DNA of 63,065 nt, counting the filler, from Hyphochytrium catenoides (Eukaryota; Protista; Hyphochytriomycota): NCBI GenBank assembly GCA_900088475.1. It is 4 parts of 4 records of this genome, joined end to end, with 100 filler letters (N's around TTAATTAATTAA, not from the genome) between each part and the next. Parts side by side here need not be neighbours in the genome. Positions count along the whole stretch, not along the records: positions 1 to 22,425 come from FLMG01004391.1; 3 more parts are not named here. One strand, written 5' to 3'. Position 1 is the stretch's first letter; each line of letters begins with the position of its first letter. Of the stretch, positions 12,301 through 22,525 are shown one piece after another. The position numbers and the translations under genes are program-made. The notes below the pieces were generated by a model. That model did no database searches and had not been told where the DNA came from. It saw only the letters and a list, made by a program, of their open reading frames with translations.

Positions 12301-14103
12301 TGGAACGATATCATAAGGTACAGGAAGGAGTTAACATGATAGTGGTCGTCGGGTCCTCTGGCTACGTCAGAGGAGCGTCTTGGGTGATGATAGGGGCTGG
12401 TAGTACCTAGGAAAGGGGGTGAAGACGATAAGGCCAGAGTCAGGGGCAGAGCGAGGCACAGTGACGCACAACATTGACAGTCAAATTCAATGGGGCTAAG
12501 TGAGCGAAGCGGTAATGTGGGGTGAACGTTATGGGCTATTGGAGGCTAAGAACTTCTTCGGTAGGCTCTGGACCAAGCTCTTCAAGACTATCATAAGACG
12601 AAGATAGTGGAAATTAATAGCATTATTAGGGAGCTTTGGCAGATAACGTATAGAGGCATGGATATCGACTCCATCGCCATCGTCAGTGGACAGGAAACGG
12701 AGTAAGAGCTGACTATGACATGCAGTAGCTCAGCTTCCTTGTCTTTCTTATGTTGCATTGGTCTTCTTTTCCTACCTACCCGCCGCCTTAGTGACGCTCT
12801 TACCCTTTTACATTTCTGTGGCTTTCCCTATCGCAACCTAGTGTCTCTTATTGCTTCTTACTTCAAACTCTCCATGGACGACAAAGGAACTCCAAGACTT
12901 CTCGGTCCTACAACTATCGGGTGGTGATGAAGAAAGGCGAAACAGAACTTGACATGAGGGGTCGATGTAGTGCGGGGCAAAAGGTATGTCTAGGCCGACC
13001 TCCCACTATCTCAGTACCCGATTTCAGGTAGCTAGGCTTTCAGCGTCTTATGGCGTAGCTAGCTTGAAAGTTACAGTCTCTAGGACATGCTAGACCCGTC
13101 GGACACATCTGCATCTCCCTAACTAACACATGTCACCCGGCATCGATGGGTATCTGTCTCTAGGTGTTAGCAAGCCTTGTTATTCGTCTAGCGCTGGCCG
13201 AGACGTTTTGCCTTCAATGTGGAATGTTAGCCTTGGATGAGCCGACGACGAATCTGGATACAGAGAACAAGCGGGGACTCGCACAAGCCATCTACCAGTT
13301 CGTCCTGGAGCTACTATTACATTATTCCTTTCTGTCATAGCGGATTCAATAGAGGCTTTTCTCTATTACCTTCTTTGTTCTCCCTAATAACCACGTCTGC
13401 TTCTATGTCTCTCCTCCCCTTTACTTCTGCGAAAGGTTTGTTAGTTTGACGCTCACCAGGCATCCGTATGAACCCTGTCCCCCTATCTCAGAGTTGACTT
13501 TCCCCATGATTCTACCCAGACCTGGCAACGTGCCTGCATTCTTTGTCTCCTCATCATCTGTGATCTTCTTTGATGGAGCTAACATTATCATTTCTGCAGG
13601 ATAATCCAGGCGCGGCAGTTGCAGGAGAACTTTCAGCTTATTTGCATTACTCATGACGAGGAGTTTGTACAAATGCTTGGCCAGGCACAGCTTGGAGGCT
13701 CAATGGGGCCTGCTCAATACTATAGAGTCACCAGAGAGCCAAGGTTCGCTTACTCTCGTCCACCATCTATCCAATACTCTGGCAATTGCTGCGAGCCTAG
13801 TCCCCACTACATTCCCTGTGTTCCAGTGCCACTTCTAGTATTGTCTCAATTTCCATCTTTTATCGCAAGCTAGGGGATTGACACTAGTGATACGGTTATC
13901 ATCTTTGTCTTCATGCGCTCAATTTGGGTTCACATATGTATAAGCGGCCTTTCTCCTTGCTATTACGTCTCCTGCCCGCTTCAGATCCTTTATCCATCCA
14001 ATTCTAAGAGTCTCTTCTTTCATAACCCTTTGCGCTCTGCAGTGACAAACGTGAGAATATATTTTATAGCAGAATATACCAGCAGGAGTGGGGAGACGCT
14101 TAA
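6386..14103 (+). CDS. RAD50: DNA repair protein RAD50 (multi-exon)
   Basis: [15 protein letters not shown] start; Walker A GSNGCGKT|TIIECLKY; Q-loop IFCHQ|EDSNWPL; long coiled coil; zinc hook CPLC (9837-9848); signature [10 protein letters not shown]; Walker B/D-loop [11 protein letters not shown]; H-loop [11 protein letters not shown]; last exon 14043-14103 (..[13 protein letters not shown]). Confidence 0.97.
11367..11610 (+). repeat. ~122-bp direct tandem duplication spanning a RAD50 exon/intron junction
   Basis: 11367-11489 and 11490-11610 are near-identical (gagcttacatccgc...ctactacgg), differing by two substitutions and a 2-nt indel. Confidence 0.95.
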
Positions 14104-14309
14104 CTTGGCATTGCCACGAAAAGAGAACTTACTGCAGGTTGAGCAGTTGGAGGAAAAGTCGAACCTAGGCCGGTGGACTGTGATGGCACAGTAGTTTCTG
14201 GACAGGACGGACAGGAAAGGATAATTTTCAGAAGACAAGAGCACTAGCTGAGTGCTCTAACTGATTGAGTGCTGAAATGGGCACTCCACTATCAGTAAAG
14301 CACAGTTGG

Positions 14310-17300
14310 TCAAGCACCTAATGCGGCCGCCCTCTCTCTCCATTCTCTTACTACATCCCGCATTGTCCTCCCGTCTCGGCTCACGTCTGGCAGAAACTGC
14401 GCTGGCTGCTTCTCCCTAAAGAGTCAGAAGGTTAGGCTATGAAAGATGTTAAGAGACAGAGGAATGATACCGCCAGGGAAAGACAGTGAGGGAATAGTCT
14501 ATATGGAGTGATGTGAGCAGGCGGAAGTATCTCGCCGACCGTACCATGCTTCAATGGCTTCTCTGAGGTCTCCGATGAGATCCCTTGTCCTTGCCACTCC
14601 TTGGCCACTGATCCTGTCCAGCTAAGGAGAGGAAGCACCAAAAGGAGTCAGTAAGTGCTACCTCAAAAGCCACAGACACATGAAGAGCTCATGGCTCCGT
14701 CACCTTGTTAAGGAATGAGCTCTGCCGCTCTAGGTTCGCCTCAAGCTTCGTCCTTGCGTCTGCAGGCAGAACATCAGCGCAAGAGTGAGGACGTGCCTTG
14801 AACTGGAGCAGCAGGAAGCCCACGGTTTAAGAGTTAGAAGGCGATCGAGGTTCTTACCTTGGACCCTAGCGGTAGTTGCTAAGAAGTGGTCCTCAGACTG
14901 CGCTCTTCTCAGCTCACTATGCCGCAAAGCATGAGTATCAACAGGAAGAAGAAGATGACAGCCCCACGGCCACGAAAAGCATAGTAGGAGAGAGTTAGGC
15001 CCAATAGAAAAAGTAAAGACCGTAGAGAGCAAGTGCCACCTGTCCGCTGCTATCATGTTTGCAGTGTCTAAGAGCATCTAGGAAAGAGAAGAGAATGTTA
15101 GCGGAGCTCGTGGAAGAAGGTACACGCAGGATGTTCAGTGAACGTTGGTCAGCTTGTCCTTACCCTCCTCTCCGCCACTAACTGCAAGATGCGAGAGGGC
15201 TTGAGCTCCCCTTCAAATCCGAGTGCATCCAGGAGAGCCTGAGAACGGACGAGAGAAGAATGAGACCTGTCGAGGGTCTCCAGACTCTCTTCTTGAAGCT
15301 ACTGGCACATCGAGAGAGACCCTCTGTCCTCTTACCGTGACTTTGGTTCCTTTCTTGGCGAGGCGGCCCAAGTCCAAGTCGTCAAAGGAGTGAAGTCTGC
15401 TAAAGTAAGGCGACAGTCGACAAAGAACTAAGAGGATGGCCGGCGGCGGTAGTGTACGTAAGGTAAACAAACAAACCACAGCGACTTGCAGGCAAGAGGA
15501 AGGGAAGAGACCAATGACAATCATTAATGAGGATAGCGGTTGAGCTGTCAGCGGCACAGGTAGACAAGCACAACTAGGAGGAGCAGGACAGACTCGAGGG
15601 AGAAAGGAGGAGAAGGGAAAGTCGCAAGAGACCAACAATTAGCACGGCACAGGGGAGAGATATACCTTGCAAACCCTTCATGAGATGGAAGGAAACTTTT
15701 GGCCTTGCAAAAAGTCTTCAGAGGAAGCTGATCCAAGCTCTTGACCTCCTCAAAAAGAAGGGAGCGGGACCAAAGGCGATGGAGCTCCTCTTCCTATTTA
15801 CACTCACCGCGTTAGACGTGCAATTTTTCTAGGCCACGATAGGCATCAGGTAACCGGAGGGACTCTGGGATTGACTCAAAACAAAGGGATGTTGATCGAA
15901 GGGCACCTGCAGCGGCTGGCAGATCTCTTTATCGACTAGAGTTTGACAGTCAGCGACGAGGGTGGCTAGTCTAGTCATCATAGCTTGATTATCCTCGATC
16001 AGGGCCTGTAATGCACAGCTCCGAACCCATTGCCGGTCCTGGAGAGCGGGAACAGCCACGGTCATCATCCAGACAGATAGAGAAGATCTGAACTCGAGCA
16101 ACACGGATATGTGCGTAGGGATACAGAGAGTGGAGAGTGGGCCGGGAAGCCTTGAAGAGTAGGAAAGTATCCTAGTAAAGAACAGAGACCTTGAAATGCA
16201 GATTAGAGATGCAGTGACTCTATAAGGTGCCTTGTAGAGAGAGAATAAAAAAGACAGAGAGAGAGAGAGAGAGAGAGAGAGTAAAGAGTCATTGCGTTCA
16301 TTAGCGTTGGGGGATTTCGAAAGAAAGGGCAATAACATATCTTACAGAGTAAAGCGAGGTGAAAGAGGAAGAGAAGGCGGGAGAAAGACTCCAGAGGGAC
16401 ATAACTGAGGACCTCAACGCAACAGTGCAAAGGAGGTTAGACTCGCCTGGAACTGTTCAATGAGCTGGAGCTTGTTCCCCAGTTCGTCCTTGGTCTTATG
16501 GAGCTCTTCAAGTCTACCCTGCAGTCCTCCAACAGCCTCCAACGCAGCCTTAAGCCCAGCTGTTTCGGCGGCTAGCTCCTTATCCGCCTTCAGAAGAGAG
16601 TCAATGATCGCTTCTTTATCTTGTGCCTCTATAGAGGCATTCTTCTCTTCTCCGGTGCTGTTCACTGATCTAGGAGAAGGCCGGGAGCCTAACTCCTTCC
16701 GCTCGCGATCTATGGCAGAGACCTCGAGCTGTAACAACGGGCGTGAAGAGAGCAGAGAGAAGTAGACGGGATGAGAACAGATAACAAAGGGTGTCAGCAT
16801 AGTCTCGATCTATAGGATACTGCTCCCAATCCGAGGTGCACCTCATTCTCTATCGCCTCTGTCTCAATGAAAAGTTCCAGATGCTCTCTATGTCGCCGCT
16901 GGAGAATGTTAGAGAGTTGCGCCAGAGGGTCCACACTGCATAAAGAAAAGAAGAGATGAAAGTCAGATCTTTGTGACCTCCCTTTTCTCATTGCAGCTTT
17001 GACCGACCTTTCACATTTGCTCTCTTGCTCAGTCAAGGTTGAACCAACTTTAGACTTTCCATCCCCCTCCAGCTTTCTCTTCTCGGCTTGGCAGAGCGAT
17101 GAGAGGAAGTCAAGCAGTCGAAGCCCATCACCCACGTCCTTCGAACGGTATGGAGCCGGTATTGAGCCAGAGCCAGCAATGACATCAGGTTAGTGGCAAG
17201 GTGGTGGAGGAGAGAGAGGAATGGAGGGAGCCAATAGCACGAATACCTTTGTCACCGTCGTTGGGAGAGATTTGTCCACCCTGAGAGGTGTAACGAGTGA

Positions 17301-20235
17301 GTCAAGAGAGTGAGAGACACAGAGAGCCAAATAGAAAAGAGAGAGAGAGAGAGAGACAGAGAGACCAAGAGAGAGAGGGGACGGTGAAAAGGCAGTTAGT
17401 GAGGATACTATAAGAGGTTGCTCGTTTGGCTTACATTAGAGGCAGTCCCTTGGCTCTCTCTCTTCTGTCCAGCTCTCTCCTCCCGCATGTCTCTGCGTCT
17501 TTGATTTTTCTCCTAACGGTCTCCTCGAGTGAGTCCGATAACGTTCTCAGCGCTTGTTCCCATCTCTTTGATATAGAGTAGAAAGCGAGAGTGAGGGGCG
17601 AGAGAGAAGGAGAAGGGTTTATAGCCCTTAGGAAATCATCGTAGGAGGAGATAGACAAGGAGAGACTAGGACAAGAGAGACAAGAGATAGAGAAAGCCAG
17701 GAACACAGCGACCGAGAAACAGAGGGAGACAGAGAGACAGACATGCACAGAGAGAGAATCACAGAGAGGATGAGAGAGAGAGACGGAGAAAGAGAGAGAG
17801 AAGACGAAAGGGAGAGAGAGACACTTACCGCTTTCCCTTCTTCAGTAATGTTTGCCTCTGTGGTGTCTGTCCGGCATTCTAGCCTCTGCATCTCTCCAGC
17901 GAGTTCGTGCAGTTCATCTATCTTTTGATAGGAAAGCTCGCAGTGGGGCAGCTGAGAGTTAAGGGGAGGACTACTTCGTGAATAGATTATGAGAGTAAGG
18001 CTAAGAAAGAGAGATCGCTAACGCTCTAAAAGGAAGAGAGAACGAAGCGCTAGGATAGTAACTTTTGATGGAGAGAAAGAGAGAGAGAGAGAGGCCGGGG
18101 AGATAGGGGAGGAGAAAGAAATGAGAAGAAAGAGGAAGAAGAGCAAGTGCACAGTCAGGCTGGTTGGCCTGCAAGTGCCCTCCAAAAAACGAAAACGGAA
18201 GAGAGACGACAAAATAGGGGAGAAGAGGAGAGAGAAAAGAGAGGTTAAAGAAGAGAAGGTCCAAAGTGTCGAAAGGATATGAAAGTAGCGATCAGGACTG
18301 ATCTGGTGAGCAGGTCTTCTTCCTCCTCCTCCAGGTCATGAAATGTCTGATCTGCATCGTAAATTGGCGATGAGTGCCCTCCTTTCCCTGTCTCTTCTTG
18401 TCTTCTCCTTCCTTTCTCCTTCCTCCTCCTTCTCTTCTTCTTCTTCCTCGTCTTCTTCTTCTTCTTCTCTCTCTCTCCCGCTGTCTCTCTCTTTCTCTTC
18501 TTCTCTCTCTCGATCTCTTTCCTCTCTCTCTCTCTTTCTCTTCTTCTCTCTCTCGTTCTCTTTCCTCTCTCTCTCACTCTTTCGCTCTCTCTTTCTCTCT
18601 TTCTCTTTCCTCCTGCCGCTCTCACCGGCCTCTCTGAGCTCCTTGAGGAGCCTCTGCACTTCGTTTTCGCTAAGGTGACACCTTTCCTCAAGATTTCTTT
18701 CTCTCAGCTCTGTCTCACGGATGTGCTCTTGAAGCTCTTCGTACGCCTGGAGCCAATAGCGAGTACAAAGAAAAGGAAAATAGAGAAGGACGAGAAGGAG
18801 AGGGGTAAAGAGTAAGACCAAGAGAGAGAGAGAGAGAGAAAGACAGAGGGAGAGAGAGAGAAGAGAGAGAGAGAGAGCGAGAGAGAGAGAGCGAGAGAGA
18901 GAGAGCGAGAGAGAGAGAGAGAAAGAGAGAGAGAGTAACAGGCGGCGGCGGCGGCGGAGAAGCGGCATACCTCACATCGCTGCCGCTGTCTTGTTATTGC
19001 CAGCTTCGCGTTTCTGACAGCATTCTGAGAATCAAGAGAGAGGGAGACGGAGAGAGAGAGAGAGAGGGAGAGGGAGAGAGACAGACATGGCCAGCCACGA
19101 AGGGAGCACGCAGCAGAGATCATTGAGAGACAGAGAGAGAGAGTAAGTAAGAGACGAGAGATACGGGCGAGCGAGAGAGAGAGAGAGGAGTGAGAAAGGA
19201 AAGAGGAAGCCCATAAAGAGAGACGGCAACGAGAAAGAAGCGCATTAGTGGGCGAAGACCAGAAGGGATAGTGAAAGACAGACAAAGCAGGGAAAGGAGA
19301 GACAAGGATTCTCGTCTCGAATGCAGCGCCATGGGCAACAGAAGAGGATGCACATTATCTTAATCCTCTCTCTCTTTCTCTTTCACCTTAATCCTCTCTC
19401 TCTCTCCTCTCTCCTCAGCCCCATCTCCTCTTCTCTCTCTCCTCTACCTGCACTTCTGCCTCGGGCCTGACATTGGCAGCCAGCCATTGCCAGAGCTCCA
19501 GGAGTGGACCGCGAGCCAGGGCGCGAAGGTCGGCTGACGTTAGCTGAGATATCACCTATCGAATCATAACCATTAGCCTCTTCTCTCTCTCTCTCTCTCN
19601 NNNNNNNNNNNNNNNNNNNNNNNNNNNNNNNNNNNNNNNNNCTTCCTCTCTCTCTCTCTCTCTTTCTTCAAACTCTCTCTCTCGCCAATCTCTCTTTCTC
19701 TCCGATCTCTCTTTCGTCTTTGTCTCTCTTGCATTCTCTCCCTACTCTTGTCTGAGTGGCCTTCTTCTCCACTCTGACTCTAGCTCTCTTCTCCCACCTT
19801 TTCACGCTGGTATCTCTTCCTCCTCTCGCGCACAATCTTTCTCTTTACTGCTTTTGCTTTATCTGGCTTTCTCTTTTTCTCTCTGTCCCTTTTTCTTTCT
19901 CTCTCNNNNNNNNNNNNNNNNNNNNNNNNNNNNNNNNNNNNNNNNNNNNNNNNNNNNNNNNNNNNNNNNNNNNNNNNNNNNNNNNNNNNNNNNNNNNNNN
20001 NNNNNNNNNNNNNNNNNNNNNNNNNNNNNNNNNNNNNNNNNNNATCTCTCGCTCAGACAAAACTACTTCAGCCACTTTCCTACTTCTTTGACTGTGTCCC
20101 TTGCATTCTTGATCTCTCTCTCTCTCTCGTGGTCTCCCACGTCCCACTCACCTCATTATTTTCTCCCCCGATTTCCTTCAGCCAGCTGGACAGCTGCTCT
20201 ACTGCCGCACGAGTCCTCCCTGATAACTCCTTCAT
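14310..20235 (-). CDS. HAUS5: HAUS augmin-like complex subunit 5 (AUG5) homolog (multi-exon; some internal junctions uncertain)
   Basis: Exon 1 (20235-20152) MKELSGRTRAAVEQLSSWLKEIGG; exon 2 TSADLRALARGPLLELWQWLAANVRPEAEVQ resembles the HAUS5/AUG5 N-terminal LR.LC.G....W.......V motif; coiled-coil middle; C-terminal DLREAIEAW|EKQPAQFLPDVSRDGRTMRDVVREW resembles the conserved WWEQP...DG motif. Confidence 0.75.
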
Positions 20236-20259
20236 AAGGCACTGCCAGATCTCCTTTTA

Positions 20260-20301
<42 letters not shown>

Positions 20302-20432
20302 CCTCTTGCTTCTTTCTCTTTCTCCTTTCTCTGGCTTTTGGCGCCGCTGTTGCGCGCACTCTTTAGGTCAGAACTCCTCTCTTTATATCTAACCGCTAAG
20401 CATTCACATTCTCTTTGCTTTCTCTTTCTCTT

Positions 20433-20469
<37 letters not shown>

Positions 20470-20903
20470 GTGGAATCCTCCCCTCTTGCTTCTGACCTCT
20501 TTCCTATCGTCTCATGCTTTCCTCTTTGTATACCCCTCTCCTCTCTCTCCCTCCCTGAGTCTCTTTCTTTGCCTTTGCTTTCCTCCTTTCTTCTCACTCC
20601 TGATGCGCAAAACTGTCTCCTTCTTCCTCTCTGAGCTTTTCCTTTCTCTCTTTCGCTCTGCCATTCAAGGCTGTTTTCCAGCATATCCTCGCCCTCTNNN
20701 NNNNNNNNNNNNNNNNNNNNNNNNNNNNNNNNNNNNNNNNNNNNNNNNNNNNNNNNNNNNNNNNNNNNNNAAAAACTGATTGATTTGCTTTGTACTTTCA
20801 AATTGTCTCTGTAGAAGGGTCAATTTGACATTATTTCCTACCTATTTCATAATTATACAGCTGTACAAGTAATAACTTGTCTACAGGGGTCTGACACATT
20901 GCC

Positions 20904-20915
20904 TTCCCGCCAAAA
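20904..20915 (-). promoter_or_regulatory. E2F-like element TTTTGGCGGGAA in the divergent promoter between HAUS5 and the BAH-domain gene
   Basis: Plus strand TTCCCGCCAAAA in a unique-sequence island between microsatellite tracts. Confidence 0.4.
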
Positions 20916-21297
20916 ACAACAAAATTTGCCCTCGTGTTGCTCTCTCTTATTCGTCAGTCTTTCTCTCTCCTCTCTCTCTCTCTTCTCTCTCTCTCTCTTT
21001 CTTTCCCCGTCTCTCTCTCTCCTCTCGCTGCTTCTCCGGCTCACACAGCGGCCTTTATTAACAACATCCCCTTCTGCAGCCGCGCAAGGTGTCGCAGCTC
21101 TGAGAGAGAGAGACAAAGAGAGAGAGAGACGCTCAAGGGTCACTGATCCGTCTCTTCTCTCACTTAATCGATCAAACGGACAACATCAAGCTCTGAAAGG
21201 TCGAGACGAGTAAGAAAAGAGAGATAGTAGAGAGAGAGATAGGAGAAAGAGAGAGAGGGAGAGGGCGAGAAAGCCAGAGAGCGAAATAAATAGATAA

Positions 21298-21328
<31 letters not shown>

Positions 21329-21353
21329 AGAGAGAGAAAGGTAATGTGTTTCA

Positions 21354-21617
21354 ATGCCTGCAGAGGACCTACGCAGCGCTCTGGAGACGGCAGGTCCTCT
21401 CTTCGTGGATCCTCTGTATCGAGAGGAAGGGACGGGGAATGTCTTCTACCGCGCGGTGCAGGTGAACGGCCATCCTTACGCCGTCGGAGATGTCGTCCTC
21501 GTGCTCTTTGAGAACTTCAAACTGGAAGCTTACGGTGCGTGACTTACACACAGAGAGAGAGAGAGAGACAAGGCTGCCCACAGGCGTTGATGTCCGCTTC
21601 TCTCCCTCCCCTCTCTC

Positions 21618-21688
<71 letters not shown>

Positions 21689-21689
21689 T

Positions 21690-21720
<31 letters not shown>

Positions 21721-22307
21721 TCTCTCTCTCTGTTTGTCTTGGAGAGCCTGTTCCGCTCTTTACCTGTGAGTTCTCTCTATTACTTTTCTTGTCCCCATCA
21801 CTCTGTCAACCTTTCTCTCTACTCTTTCTCCTTTCTCTTTCTTTTTCTCTGTCATTGTCTCCCAAGCTCTCCTGCGACTCTCTCTCTTTATTTTTTCCGG
21901 GCGTGCGTCGCTCAGGTCAGATCTTCATCGCGAGGCTCAGGCGCGTGTTCCGACTGCTCGCGGTGCCGTATATGTGCTCTTTCTCGTAGTTTCTCCGCTC
22001 CTGGCCCTTACTCAGTCACTCATGGCCCTCTTTCTTGCTCCTCTGCCTCTGGTAACCGGTCGGTTCCCTCTCTCTCTCTCTTTCTCTTTCTTTTTCTTTC
22101 TCTCTCTCTCTACCCATTTCAGAGATCCTCCTCCTCTGGCGCGACAGCTGTGACCTTGGCTGGCTGGAGGGGCGATCGCTCCTCAGCTATTCCACGCACA
22201 AGCTCACTGTGGGAGCAGAAGACGATGAGGGACTTCAGAAACACCAGCTTGTGGCGTCCAAAGAGGTGACCGAGCTCTCTGTGGACTGCATCGAGAGAAA
22301 GATTCAG
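21354..22307 (+). CDS. BAH-domain protein, 5' part only (truncated by contig end); possibly ORC1-like
   Basis: FYRAVQVNGHPYAVGDVVLVLF..AY|EILLLWRDS..GWLEGR...QLVASKEVTELSVDCIERKIQ follows the BAH pattern; a GT donor follows, then the contig ends. Confidence 0.65.
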
Positions 22308-22425
22308 GTGAAAGGAGAGAGAGAGAGAGAGAATGCTCTTGACATTCGGGTTCTTAGTCGCTCTTTATTTGATCAGTTGTGGCGCTAAGCTTCTTTGCCA
22401 CTTCTTTCTTCTTCTTCTTCTTCTT

Positions 22426-22525
22426 NNNNNNNNNNNNNNNNNNNNNNNNNNNNNNNNNNNNNNNNNNNNTTAATTAATTAANNNNNNNNNNNNNNNNNNN
22501 NNNNNNNNNNNNNNNNNNNNNNNNN
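22426..22525. other. Artificial contig-joining spacer N44-TTAATTAATTAA-N44
   Basis: Exactly 100 bp, six-frame stop linker, identical copies elsewhere in the window. Confidence 0.97.

Noticed and set aside
22426-22525. Palindromic TTAATTAATTAA (also at 53949 and 58534) as a transposon target or regulatory site
   Set aside because: Always centred in exactly 44+44 Ns: an artificial six-frame-stop contig linker. Gene adjacency across these points has no biological meaning.
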